From the NCBI GenBank assembly GCA_947494155.1, contig CANLTW010000009.1, positions 1 through 58,110 on the forward strand: 58,110 nt of DNA. The letters run 5' to 3'. Shown one piece after another: positions 38,792 to 49,166 of the stretch. Positions within the stretch are counted from its first letter, which is position 1; each line of letters opens with the position of its first letter. The notes under the pieces were generated by a model. That model was not told the origin of the DNA, did no database searches, and saw only the letters and a list, made by a program, of their open reading frames with translations. Made by a program: the position numbers and the translations under genes. The DNA is from Chlamydiota bacterium. GTDB lineage: Bacteria > Chlamydiota > Chlamydiia > Chlamydiales > RGXB01.

Positions 38792-39439
38792 TTATCCCGC
38801 CTCCTGATTTTGGCTATCAGGATTGCTCACATACTGGTGATACAGGGTGTGGATATATTCATACCGGTATTTTTTGAAATTGTCGTAGGTAAAAAGGGTG
38901 AGATTCCCTATACCCACGGGGAAGCTGATCTCTACAAACGATCTCACAATATTTGCAATTCCATGACATGCCCAATCGAGATGTCTGATTCTATTATTGT
39001 GATAGTATAAGACCTCCAGATTTTCCTCTTCACGATGGGGGGCTAATTTAAAAATTTCGCATATAGATTTTAAATAGAGCTGTACCCGCTTTAAAAAAGA
39101 GGTGTGTATATCAGTGGAAACTCCGAGAATATTCACGGAGTGGGGCGGTTTGCGGGCTGGGGAGGTGGACCTTTCAAGCTCAATAATGTTTTTTGCATCG
39201 ATAATAGCGCGAAAAATCCCCACAATAGTCTGAGATACCCCTCCTATAAAACGTATGCTGCCGGTATAGACACTTAAAAAAGGGATGTAGCCTAAAATAT
39301 TTAGGGAGAGTTCCACAGACTCTAGTGTTTTTTCAATATCTTTGGTTGGATCCAAAGGATTGAATTCTAGGCAATGTGTTCTTGTGTTGGGATCAAAAGT
39401 ATGTACGCCGATACTCATAGGTGCTGTCTCATTAAGCAA
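38792..39439 (-). CDS. Hypothetical membrane-associated protein
   Basis: LNILGYIPFLS..G.IR and HGIANIVRS.VE blocks; overlaps the desaturase stop. Confidence 0.7.
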   Translation of the reverse strand: MLNETAPMSIGVHTFDPNTRTHCLEFNPLDPTKDIEKTLESVELSLNILGYIPFLSVYTGSIRFIGGVSQTIVGIFRAIIDAKNIIELERSTSPARKPPHSVNILGVSTDIHTSFLKRVQLYLKSICEIFKLAPHREEENLEVLYYHNNRIRHLDWACHGIANIVRSFVEISFPVGIGNLTLFTYDNFKKYRYEYIHTLYHQYVSNPDSQNQEAG

Positions 39440-40547
39440 GTTTCTTCAGTTTGTGGATGTAGTCGGATAAATTGTCCCAGTTGCGCCACTCGAACTTTAA
39501 ACGACTTTTAAGTGCACGGATCTCCTGCTTAAGATGGTTTTTTATCTCTTTGAGATCTTTACCTAATTCCTTGTATCGATTCCCTTTTTGGATGAAATCT
39601 TCTAAAGTCTTTGTCAACGCATCAGCCTGTTTGTGTACCCTCTCGATTAGATCCTCTCTTGATTCATTGAGGGATTGCTTAAGATTTTTCAAAAGCTCTT
39701 TTTTATGCTCCAAAATGAGCTGAAACTGGATCTTATCATTGTTCATCCGCCGGAGGTTATAGGCTAAACCTACCTTAGAAAAAAGGAAGATTAGCCATTT
39801 CGTTGGATCGTAGTGGTACCATTTAATCCCATTTCTGTAGTCATTGGCAAAAGTGTGGTGGTAGTTGTGATACCCTTCGCCGTAGGTTAGTAAGGAGATA
39901 ATAAAATTGTCCACGGCACTATGCTCTTTTGAAAAATTTTGCTCCCCCCAGCTGTGCGCCAACGAGTTAATAAACCATGTGGTGTGATGAGTTAAAAAAG
40001 AGCGAAGAAGATAACAAAATACAAATGCGCCAAAAAGATCTGCACTCACCCAGCCAAAGAAAAGAACCGTCAGCACTTGTTGAACAATCAAAAGACCAAC
40101 GTAATATTTATGCTGAAAGACAAGCATGGAGTTTCGTTTCAAGTCAGCTACCACTTTATCATCAATCGCTGGTCTTAAACGGAAAAGCCAAAGCATGTGC
40201 GCATGCCAGAAACCTTTTGTGATGGAATAGGGATCCTCGTCGCTATCCACATGGGCATGGTGCATCCTGTGCTCGTAAGCCCAACGTAAAGCGCTCCCTT
40301 GGGTGGCAAGATTACCAAAAAAAAGGAGGATCGCCTCGATTATCGGATGGGCTTTATAGGTGGGATGGGAAAAACAGCGGTGGTAACCTGCCGTGATTCC
40401 AATACCACAGGCGAATACCAGACCCAACATCGAAAAAATCAAAAAAAGCGAAGGTGAATGAAAGTAGAGGTAAAGAGGTAAAAAAAGGGCTAAACAGAGG
40501 TGGTAACTGCCTATGTACCCTAATGTGACCCAATCGATTTTCTTCAT
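39432..40547 (-). CDS. Delta-9 acyl-CoA/lipid desaturase with coiled-coil C-terminus
   Basis: His boxes YHRCFSH, HRMHH, YHNYHH; INSLAH; DPTKWLI. Confidence 0.95.
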   Translation of the reverse strand: MKKIDWVTLGYIGSYHLCLALFLPLYLYFHSPSLFLIFSMLGLVFACGIGITAGYHRCFSHPTYKAHPIIEAILLFFGNLATQGSALRWAYEHRMHHAHVDSDEDPYSITKGFWHAHMLWLFRLRPAIDDKVVADLKRNSMLVFQHKYYVGLLIVQQVLTVLFFGWVSADLFGAFVFCYLLRSFLTHHTTWFINSLAHSWGEQNFSKEHSAVDNFIISLLTYGEGYHNYHHTFANDYRNGIKWYHYDPTKWLIFLFSKVGLAYNLRRMNNDKIQFQLILEHKKELLKNLKQSLNESREDLIERVHKQADALTKTLEDFIQKGNRYKELGKDLKEIKNHLKQEIRALKSRLKFEWRNWDNLSDYIHKLKKLA

Positions 40548-40694
40548 AATAATATCTCTTAAATCTTTTGAGATAGAATAACAAAAAAGAAATTTAAACC
40601 CAAGCGTTAGAATATTAGAGTGTTAAAAGGATTAAAGGTTATAGAAACATCCCCCTTTTAGTTATTTTAACATGAAGGGGGAGGGAAAAAAAGA

Positions 40695-42221
40695 TTAAGT
40701 GGTTGTGGTAAGTGTCGGTTCGTCTGCGGGTTCCGGTTGCGCAATTTTCAGAGCAAACTTTCTGTTAAGCGAGCTAACTGCAATCATCCAGGCTACAGTG
40801 GCAATTAGCGTTAGGGGAACTAAAGCGTGAGTCGTAGAAAGCACCGATCCTGTACCCATGATTCCAATCAGAACAAGAGAGATCCAAGAGGCGCCCGATT
40901 TTCCTAGCCGTGAGCCTACGATATCGATAGATGCCTTCCCTTTTACTTTTTCGGTCTCAGTTAAGGGGATGTAGGCCATCTCCTTGGTAGGGTCAAAAAA
41001 TGAGTATTTGGCGATTTTACTGGATATATTGTGGAAAGCTCCTAGGTAAACCAAGAGGAAGAGAGGAGAAGAGCCGATCATTGGAGCTAAAAGGTTTGTC
41101 ATAGAGGGATTAGAACAGAGCAAGAGGAAAACCAAACCTGTGCCACCAACAATCAGAGGTGCCATCTGTGCTGTGGCGTGCCAGCCAAAGCGTCTAAGGA
41201 TGGAGCTGCCTAGAAAGGCCGAGATAAAGAAGGCAAAACCCCCAACAAGAGACTGGCACTCGGCTGTGAAGGCTTGAAAATCGGCTTGGTTGGGGAAAGC
41301 AAGCTTGAGATTCGCTTTCCAGGAGATCTCTACCAGAGTGATACAAAGCCCATAGCCGATCACTAAGACTGTGATTCCAAGTAGATAGGGTGAGGTGATG
41401 AGATGTTTAAGTCCTTGGAAGAAAGAGATTTTTTCTTTTTTAGCGGGGGGGAGTGCCTCTTGAGGTTTTTCGGGGAGGCTGCTGAGAACCTTTTTTTGCA
41501 CGTAACCGTAGAGTCCAATAATGGTGATTCCAGCAACGAGAACGAAGGTAATGAGGCACTGGACAGTGAAGGAGAAAGCAAAAATAGAGAGTTTTTTGCT
41601 GATCCAGTTGACCGCTTTACCTGTAATCAGGGGAGCTAAATTTCCTGCTGCAATATAGATGTTATAGGACCGTTTTGCCTCTGAAACAGTAGTGATTTCG
41701 TTCGCAAAACCCCAGAATACCACCAGGATCATGACGCTTCCCCAGAGTTCTGCTACTGCAAAAAATAGGGAGTGCATCCAGTTGCGGTATACCGAAACCC
41801 AATGGGATTGATTCTCTCCCAAAACAGAGGTAAGCCAATCGGCGGACTGGTGGGGGGTGAACGGCTCGGGGTTAGGGTAGATAAAAAAGGCGTAGACGAA
41901 CAGAAACAAAAGAAAAGAGGCGGTTGTGGTATAGAAAAGGGTTGTCTTTTTGACCAGGCTGGAGAGGCGTGAATAACAAAAAGCCGCGATTAACGCGGCC
42001 GGAAAAACAACAATACTTTTAAGGACGGGAATTGCCTCGGCCCCTGAGCCTTTGGAGGTTATGGCAATTGTGTCCTTTAAGCAAAACAGGACGCAATAGA
42101 TAACGGAAACTAGAAATTTCATTAGAATTAGGGGGAAGAGCTTCTTCATCTCATGGCGATGAAAAGGCCAAAGTCTGTTTCTCCATTTTCCAAAGGGCGG
42201 TAGCTGTTCAGTATGCTGCAT
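40695..42221 (-). CDS. NTT/Tlc family nucleotide transporter
   Basis: AELWGS, FWGFANEIT, KYSFFDPTKEMAYIP, KGKASID..RLGKSG; start MQHTEQ at 42221. Confidence 0.95.
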   Translation of the reverse strand: MQHTEQLPPFGKWRNRLWPFHRHEMKKLFPLILMKFLVSVIYCVLFCLKDTIAITSKGSGAEAIPVLKSIVVFPAALIAAFCYSRLSSLVKKTTLFYTTTASFLLFLFVYAFFIYPNPEPFTPHQSADWLTSVLGENQSHWVSVYRNWMHSLFFAVAELWGSVMILVVFWGFANEITTVSEAKRSYNIYIAAGNLAPLITGKAVNWISKKLSIFAFSFTVQCLITFVLVAGITIIGLYGYVQKKVLSSLPEKPQEALPPAKKEKISFFQGLKHLITSPYLLGITVLVIGYGLCITLVEISWKANLKLAFPNQADFQAFTAECQSLVGGFAFFISAFLGSSILRRFGWHATAQMAPLIVGGTGLVFLLLCSNPSMTNLLAPMIGSSPLFLLVYLGAFHNISSKIAKYSFFDPTKEMAYIPLTETEKVKGKASIDIVGSRLGKSGASWISLVLIGIMGTGSVLSTTHALVPLTLIATVAWMIAVSSLNRKFALKIAQPEPADEPTLTTTT

Positions 42222-42437
42222 AGATCCACTTGTTCGAAATTCACAGGATTGTAACACGCGTTCCCTTTTATAGCAACTTTCTAGAGATTTTTTTTGTTAA
42301 TTAAATATTTTATTTGAATAAGATCTAAAAAAAATTTAAAAAAAACTTTTTCAAAAAGTGCCCAGGAGCCATTTTTGCATCTCCTGGCTTTTAGAGAATC
42401 CCCACCTCTGGTACGATACGAGTAAACCCTTATTAAT

Positions 42438-43391
42438 ATGCCCATTAAGCGCCTATTTACCCATTTGTCCCAGCCGCAGACAACAGCAATCATCTATATG
42501 GTGCTCTCCTCCATGTTCGCCGCTCTTTTCGCTTTTTTTGGTAAAGTAGGGGTGGAGGAGCTCCCTTTCGCCCTCCTGCTCTTTTTACGGTTTTTTATCC
42601 CCCTGGTTCTTGTTGTACCCATTTTCTTTTTTATGGGGGTTTTCAAAAAATTTCATGAATTGCATAACGTCGGTTTGCAACTTCTGCGCTCTTTTGTTGA
42701 GGTGATCTGCCAGTACTGTTTTTTTGCCTACCTCATCCATGGCACCCTCCTTCATGCCACCCTTTTTTGGAGTAGCGCCCCCCTTTTTATGCCTATCTTC
42801 TACAGGTGGTTTCATGGGTACCGCTCTGACAGGGCAAACCTGATGGCGATCATGATCGGACTTATTGGGGTAATTTGTATCATCAAACCCGATAAGGGGA
42901 TTTTTGACCCTTACAGTATTTTAGGGGTTATGGTTGCTATCACCTCGGCGCTGTCCCAAATTTTGAACGGATTCAACAGGGAAAAGCACTCAAACGAAGA
43001 AAATTTAGTTTATTTTTTTACGTTCACTTCGATTATCAGTTTTATCCCCCTTGGGTTATACGGGATCCTTTTTTTGCCCGAATCCTTACGAGCGCAAACA
43101 GCTCTAGCTCTTGAGCAGTTGTCCGTTTGGACACCGCTTTTGGCGATCTCGGTGACGACTATTCTGATACAGACTTTTAGAGGTATTGCTTTTAAAAGGG
43201 TAAAACCCCTCTTTTTGGGGCCACTATTTTATCTTGCCATCCCTTTTTCGGGTCTTATTGAGTACTGGATGTATGGTGTTAGTCCCGATTTTCTCTCTGT
43301 GGTGGGGTCTGTGCTAATCATTTTAAGCTCCTTTATTAAAAGAGACATGAGGCCGTCAGTTCCCGATTCACAGGAAAAAACCGCACCTTAA
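42438..43391 (+). CDS. DMT/EamA family transporter
   Basis: 10 TM in two repeats, LFLRF, SAPLF, GLIGVICIIKP. Confidence 0.9.
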   Translation: MPIKRLFTHLSQPQTTAIIYMVLSSMFAALFAFFGKVGVEELPFALLLFLRFFIPLVLVVPIFFFMGVFKKFHELHNVGLQLLRSFVEVICQYCFFAYLIHGTLLHATLFWSSAPLFMPIFYRWFHGYRSDRANLMAIMIGLIGVICIIKPDKGIFDPYSILGVMVAITSALSQILNGFNREKHSNEENLVYFFTFTSIISFIPLGLYGILFLPESLRAQTALALEQLSVWTPLLAISVTTILIQTFRGIAFKRVKPLFLGPLFYLAIPFSGLIEYWMYGVSPDFLSVVGSVLIILSSFIKRDMRPSVPDSQEKTAP

Positions 43392-43415
43392 ATAGATAAA
43401 ATCCAGCTTATTTGA

Positions 43416-44636
43416 TTAAAACTCCACATCGAGAGTGAGGCGTACGACAACCCCTTTTTCTATAGGAGTTCCGATTAGGTAGCCTGTTGTTTTTGCCCCT
43501 ATGTCAAAACCACACTTACAGTGTGCCTTAAAATCAATAGATTGCCTTACAGTAAAAAGTGCTTGCACTCCTGGCCTCATGGGGCTTTGTTTTGTGAAAT
43601 AGACACCGCTTGTGGATATATCTCTTATTTTAGGAGCAATCCAGGCATCAAGAACGCATCCAAAGTGGGTGTCGTCTATGGTTTTGAGATACAAATTTTT
43701 GTATCCTGCTCCGAGGATACCTCTATTGTTGTAAGGCGTAAATCGTATATAACTACGCTGAGGTTTTGTTCCGATGGAGAAATACTGCTCTACGATCACC
43801 TCAGGGCCAAAGGGGGTTAAATTGGGTGACACCGAGGGGACAAATCTAAAAGGCCCTTTTTGAAAAACCGGAATCGGAAGTTCCTTCCCGAAAAGAATAT
43901 AGGAAAACAAACTGCATTGAGAACCCCAGTTAAACGGATCCAAAAGGGTTAGATAACTCAATTTTTTCAACTGCTGTATTGTTACGGGACTATCAGGATT
44001 CAACTGGTTCACGGTTTTTAAGTACGATTGGATATCGTTTCCGTCGTTTAATGACTCATTGTCCTCTATTTGTTTAGCAGTAGTCTGTATGTATTCAGAG
44101 AGGTCTCTATTAGAAAAACCATATAGGGGGGCCAAACGCCCGTCTATGCACCCTTTTTCGAAAAAGTTTTCTCGCATTCTACCAGCAAGAACAGTGTTTG
44201 CTTCGGTTCCCCCAAATGCGATTACATTTTCCAAAAACGGCTGCTCAAGGTCGGGTCTGTAAAATGTGGTGGAGGCTAAAACGGAATCGGAGTCGAAAAA
44301 ACTGTAATGGCTAATTCTATAACCGAATTTTCCGAATTCTCGGACTCTAAAGCCGTGACCAAAGATCTCATGCTGCGATAGCATCTCTATCATACTTGTC
44401 GGTGCCCACCAAGCCACGATGGTTGCAAACCTGTATGTCCCAGAAAGTCCAGAGCTGATCCAGCTCTCCTCTTCAGGCTGTACAAACCCCTTGAGAGAGT
44501 CTTCAACATCCATTTGGTATTGAGTAGCACTCATCCAAAGATCTGCGCCGGTGTAGGGAGATAGATATCTGTCAACGCTTAGCTGAGCAGAAAATATTGG
44601 GGAAACACCTAACAAAAAGGAGGCTAATTTTTTCAT
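43416..44636 (-). CDS. Putative outer-membrane protein with HExxxH motif
   Basis: MKKLASFLLG signal, HEIFGHG, C-terminal alternating strand VRLTLDVEF ending in Phe. Confidence 0.65.
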   Translation of the reverse strand: MKKLASFLLGVSPIFSAQLSVDRYLSPYTGADLWMSATQYQMDVEDSLKGFVQPEEESWISSGLSGTYRFATIVAWWAPTSMIEMLSQHEIFGHGFRVREFGKFGYRISHYSFFDSDSVLASTTFYRPDLEQPFLENVIAFGGTEANTVLAGRMRENFFEKGCIDGRLAPLYGFSNRDLSEYIQTTAKQIEDNESLNDGNDIQSYLKTVNQLNPDSPVTIQQLKKLSYLTLLDPFNWGSQCSLFSYILFGKELPIPVFQKGPFRFVPSVSPNLTPFGPEVIVEQYFSIGTKPQRSYIRFTPYNNRGILGAGYKNLYLKTIDDTHFGCVLDAWIAPKIRDISTSGVYFTKQSPMRPGVQALFTVRQSIDFKAHCKCGFDIGAKTTGYLIGTPIEKGVVVRLTLDVEF

Positions 44637-44850
44637 GGCAAAAATGGTAACATCCAGAAAATAAAATATCAATTGATAAAAAGTAGTATTTAAAAAACGG
44701 ATTTTGAACCAAATATGCATCAAAACAACAAATAATTATTAAGTATAGTTAAATATTTTATTTGTGTTTTTTAAAAATTTTTGACTAATAAAATCATTCT
44801 TATTAACCTTTAAAACCATTTTGAACTACGAGATTGCTGAGAATTTGTTT

Positions 44851-46794
44851 ATGATGTCGATTTATGCAAGTGCAAAAAGTTTTATCTCTTCAACAGCCGA
44901 AGAATTGAATGATCGTGCTAAAGATAGAGTGAACAGGGTGGTAAATTTCCTTTTTGAGAGATTGCATTCGAGGAGAGTTTTGTCTAAAGAGAACAAAATT
45001 CTAGATATGCCCAGAGTTTTTTTTTATAGAAATATGCGGCGTGAGGGGTTTTTGGATAGGGAATTCGTGAGCTTGCCTATCCCTACTTTAGCGAAAACGC
45101 TTGATCGATTTATGGCTTCTATGGAACCCATAATGGAGGTGGAGGAGTTTTTAAAGCTCAAATCGTTGAAAACTGCCTTTGAGGAGAATGAAGGGATTGA
45201 GCTGCAACGCAATCTTTATTGCTACGCTACCTGGCAAAAAAATTGGCTTACCCCGCTTTGGGAGCAATATGCTTATCTGATAGATAGAAAATCGCTTGCT
45301 TTTGGGACAAATTACTACGGATTGGGCCCGTTGCAAGAGCCACAAGTAGCTCCCCATCTAGCTCAAAAAGTCGAGTTGAGACACCTTAGGGCTTCGATGG
45401 CAATCTCTACGGCATTACAGATGCTTGTTCGTATCGAAAACCAAACACTGAAGGACCCGTTTTCACCAGATCCAACGAGTCTAGATCGAGATCAGTTTTC
45501 AAGGCTCTTTGGAACTACCAGAATTCCAAAACAGCAAAAAGATGAAATTTCTCAGTCAAAAGCCCCCCACTTTATTCTCCACCTGCAAGACTGCTTTGTT
45601 AAAGTTGCGTTCGAGCCAGGGAAAGTTCCTCCGCTTCACTGGATTTTGAATACGATCATAACAGTTGAAAAAGGGCTTTGGCCCTCAAGCCACAGTGTAG
45701 AAATTTTAACTAGCCTGGATCGTGATACGTGGGCAGAATACAGAAAAAAGCTGATCGATCTGGGAAATAGACAATCCCTTGAGGATATCGAGTCTGCCCA
45801 ATTTTCTATTGTTTTAGACCCAAGGTCTCCAAAAGATTCCGAAGAGGTTGCTCAGCTTGCCCAGTTAGATTCCACAGGCAAGTGGTTTGATTTGGGTGTG
45901 GAGCTAATACTTTTCAAAAACGGTAGGCTTGCAGGGAACCTAGAGCATACACCTAAAGATGCTATCATAACAGCAGCCCTAATCGAAAAAATTGCCGAAA
46001 ATGAGAAGCTCAATAGCGAAAAAAATGGGGGATATCTCTCATGCGAAGAGGGTCCAGGGGAATTGGAGTTTCAACTTATTCGTTTTCAATTAGATAAAGA
46101 GATTCAAACTAAAATATTTGAGGCAAAGAGGATCTTTCAAGAGACTGCTCAAATGTACGACCTATCTATAAGTACTTTCCCCGATTTTGGGAAAGAGTTT
46201 ATCAAGTCTCAAAAATTGAGTCCCGATTCCTTTATCCAAATGGCTCTGCAACTTACCTACTATAAAATCCACAAAAAAACTGTTTTGACCTATGAAACAG
46301 CGACAACAAGGGGATTTCAGAAGGGTAGAACCGAGACGATTCGTTCGCAATCTATATTTTCAAAACGTTTTTGCGAAGCTATGGAAAATCCTAGCGAACC
46401 CTCAGTGATCCGAAAAGAATTTCTGTTAAAAGCTATCAAATATCATAACGATACTAAAATCGGCGCTATGACAGGAGAGGGGATAGATCGACACATTTTA
46501 GGATTACGTTTGACGGCGATAGCAACCAAGGTTTCATCCCCCTTTTTAGAATCGGCTGCGGTGAAACAGGGTTTTATTTTGGCCACTTCGCAAACCCCCA
46601 TAGAGGGTTGCTATGGAGGGGGGTTTTTACCCCTTGAAAAAAGGGGGTATGGAATCTCCTATAATGCCGCTTTTGCCGACAAGCTTGTATTTATGATTTC
46701 GGGATTTAAAGAGGAGCAGACTGAACGGGCGAAAGAGTTTTGTTCAGTACTATTTGAGTCTTTAGCCCAAATGCGTACTATTTTTGTCGATTAA
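44851..46794 (+). CDS. Choline/carnitine O-acyltransferase family protein
   Basis: LPIPTL, NWL, FGTTRIP, catalytic EHxxxD (EHTPKD), SPDSFIQMALQL, YETATTRGF.KGRTETIRS, GEGIDRH, LATSQ. Confidence 0.93.
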   Translation: MMSIYASAKSFISSTAEELNDRAKDRVNRVVNFLFERLHSRRVLSKENKILDMPRVFFYRNMRREGFLDREFVSLPIPTLAKTLDRFMASMEPIMEVEEFLKLKSLKTAFEENEGIELQRNLYCYATWQKNWLTPLWEQYAYLIDRKSLAFGTNYYGLGPLQEPQVAPHLAQKVELRHLRASMAISTALQMLVRIENQTLKDPFSPDPTSLDRDQFSRLFGTTRIPKQQKDEISQSKAPHFILHLQDCFVKVAFEPGKVPPLHWILNTIITVEKGLWPSSHSVEILTSLDRDTWAEYRKKLIDLGNRQSLEDIESAQFSIVLDPRSPKDSEEVAQLAQLDSTGKWFDLGVELILFKNGRLAGNLEHTPKDAIITAALIEKIAENEKLNSEKNGGYLSCEEGPGELEFQLIRFQLDKEIQTKIFEAKRIFQETAQMYDLSISTFPDFGKEFIKSQKLSPDSFIQMALQLTYYKIHKKTVLTYETATTRGFQKGRTETIRSQSIFSKRFCEAMENPSEPSVIRKEFLLKAIKYHNDTKIGAMTGEGIDRHILGLRLTAIATKVSSPFLESAAVKQGFILATSQTPIEGCYGGGFLPLEKRGYGISYNAAFADKLVFMISGFKEEQTERAKEFCSVLFESLAQMRTIFVD

Positions 46795-47009
46795 CCGGTT
46801 TTTTGGTTGGATATTTCTCTTTATTTTTTGAAAAAATTTTAACAATAAATTTGTAGTCAAAACATGAGACTATATATGGTTTTATCTCGAAAAAGAGCGA
46901 TTCATACCAACATTATTAAGATCTTGTAGGACACTCTAAAGAAGTATGCGTAATTTTTTTCTTGGATTTATTCGTTTTCATATCGTAGAATGCACCTGAA
47001 AACGAATTA

Positions 47010-47465
47010 ATGAGGTGCCGAGTGCGAGTTAAATATCCAAAGTTAAGCCAGACGCCAGGTTTTTTACTATGGCAGATCAGCATAGAGTGGCAACGTCTTC
47101 AAAGAGAAGCTTTAGCTAATTTGGATCTTACACATGTTCAATTTGTTTTACTGGCTACAATCCATTCTATTGAGTCAAAAAATGAGATGCTTAGTCAGGT
47201 AAAACTCTCTTCGATCGCAAACGTAGATGCGATGATGACTTCCCATGTTCTAAGAAGTTTGGAGAAGCGCAACTTGGTTAAAAGAGAAAAAAATCCAAGT
47301 GATACAAGAGCGATGATTCTCTCAACCACTCAAGAGGGTAGAGATCTTTTGACAAAAGCCTTGAAAATTGTCGAAGAAGTGGATTCTAAATATCTAGGAC
47401 GCGCAGGGGACGACACACAAGATTTAGTCAATAAACTCAAAAAATTGACACAAACAGCTGTATAA
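47010..47465 (+). CDS. MarR family regulator
   Basis: PGFLLWQ, LTHVQFVLL, LEKRNLVKR..DTRA. Confidence 0.93.
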   Translation: MRCRVRVKYPKLSQTPGFLLWQISIEWQRLQREALANLDLTHVQFVLLATIHSIESKNEMLSQVKLSSIANVDAMMTSHVLRSLEKRNLVKREKNPSDTRAMILSTTQEGRDLLTKALKIVEEVDSKYLGRAGDDTQDLVNKLKKLTQTAV

Positions 47466-47488
47466 GTACCCTTCTCAACCAAAAAAAT

Positions 47489-47518
47489 AAAAAGGCAAAC
47501 CTTAAGGTTTGCCTTTTT
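47489..47518 (+). terminator. Intrinsic terminator
   Basis: aaaaaggcaaacc-ttaa-ggtttgccttttt. Confidence 0.88.
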
Positions 47519-47577
47519 ATTTAACGTTTTTCTTGTTAGGAAAATGAAAAAAAGCCTTTTAGCTAAAGAGAGTGTAG

Positions 47578-49161
47578 TTGAATAACGACGAAGCGCATTT
47601 CATGGGTTTATCTTTGGGTTTCCATGCCCTGAATATTTCCCAGTTCTTTATCGCACTTAACAATGCAATCGCCAGAATGCTGGTTATTTTCTTTTTAAAC
47701 GATTTGATTGGGATAGCATCTGTAAATACAACCCTTTTTCTCACTTCGATTGTTATTGTAACCCCATTTTTGGTCTTTAGCATGCTTGGAGGGGCTTTAG
47801 CTGATCGTTATCCTAAAGGGATTATGATCCAGTGGCTTCAACTAGTTTCCATAGCCGGAGCACTTATGATCTGGGTTTCAATGGTAGAATCGAACGGGTT
47901 TTTTGTGTACGTAGGCCTTTTTTTGATGGCCTTAATGGCTAGTCTGGTTTCTCCGGCGCGACTCGCTATCATCCCCGAGATCGTTATTAAAGAAAAAATC
48001 CCTTTTGCCAATAGCATTTTGACCGGCACAGGCTACATAGCCCTTCTTTTTGGGGCTTTTATTGCCTCTTATGGCACGATTCTTTTAGAAAGAAACTTTT
48101 CTATTCTAGGGCTTATCATTGTCGGAATTAGCCTCTTAGCTGGTTTTTTCTCCCTTTTCATTAAGTCCTCCCATAGCTTCAAGGAAAAGGCAATCGACTG
48201 GAATTTTGTGAGAACTACTATTTATTATCTAAAAGAGACTTTTTCCGTACCTCATCTTTTTCACACAATTATTTATGGCTCCTATTTTTTATTAGCCTGT
48301 CTTTTTACCCAATTAAATCTGATCCCTTTAGGGTATCAAGAGTTAAACATCACTGATGCCCAAACTGGATACATCCTTTTGTTCACCTCTCTAGGTTTAG
48401 GGATCGGTTCTCTTCTTTATGGTTTTGCCTCTAAAAAGAATATTGAGGTGAGCTATGCCCTAATTGGGGGGCTTGGTACAGCTTTATCGTATTATGGAAT
48501 CGTGATTTGTCCCCACAGCTTTTCTTCTGTTTCGATCATGGGTTTTTTAATAGGAATATCGGGGGGGTTCTTTATTGTTCCGTTAAATGGATTTATTCAA
48601 ACTAAAAGTCCCGAACCTATTAGGGCCTCCATTTTGGCCGCTTCCAACACTCTGGGTTTCGTCTTTCTTCTTATAGGGGCTACATTTTTGGAGATCTCTG
48701 GCGGGTATTTCAAATTATCAGCGCATACTAATTTTGTAATTTTAGCTACATTCACCCTTTTTATGTGGTTTTTGTATGCTTATGAGTTCCGATATTCTCT
48801 GTTTCGTCCTATGTTAGTATTAATCATCAACCTTTTTTACCGTGTAAATAGCAGAATACCCCCTTCAAAACTGTACACTTTCAAAGAGACCACTCTACTC
48901 CCCCTGATGGGTCTTATGAGTTTATTTGAACCCTTTTTGGTTATAAAAAATTCACTAACCCCTTCGACGGGGTTTAAACGTCTTTTAAATATGTTTTTCT
49001 CCATTAAAGAACTGGATATGGAAAAAAATTCTGAATCGTTAGAAGCGATAAAAAACGGGATGAATGACGAGGAAGGGATCATAATTTTCCTAGAAAGCCG
49101 AGATGAAGCCGGTCCATTGATCCAGTTCCAAAAAAAAGGGCGTCAACTTGAGTATTTTTAA
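47578..49161 (+). CDS. LplT/Aas-type MFS transporter with degenerate acyltransferase-like tail
   Basis: GALADRYPK, SPARLAIIPEIV, GGFFIVPLN..IQ; tail IIFLESR..GPL..FQKKG resembles a PlsC block but lacks HxxxxD; start may be 47602. Confidence 0.8.
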   Translation: MNNDEAHFMGLSLGFHALNISQFFIALNNAIARMLVIFFLNDLIGIASVNTTLFLTSIVIVTPFLVFSMLGGALADRYPKGIMIQWLQLVSIAGALMIWVSMVESNGFFVYVGLFLMALMASLVSPARLAIIPEIVIKEKIPFANSILTGTGYIALLFGAFIASYGTILLERNFSILGLIIVGISLLAGFFSLFIKSSHSFKEKAIDWNFVRTTIYYLKETFSVPHLFHTIIYGSYFLLACLFTQLNLIPLGYQELNITDAQTGYILLFTSLGLGIGSLLYGFASKKNIEVSYALIGGLGTALSYYGIVICPHSFSSVSIMGFLIGISGGFFIVPLNGFIQTKSPEPIRASILAASNTLGFVFLLIGATFLEISGGYFKLSAHTNFVILATFTLFMWFLYAYEFRYSLFRPMLVLIINLFYRVNSRIPPSKLYTFKETTLLPLMGLMSLFEPFLVIKNSLTPSTGFKRLLNMFFSIKELDMEKNSESLEAIKNGMNDEEGIIIFLESRDEAGPLIQFQKKGRQLEYF

Positions 49162-49166
49162 CTCTA

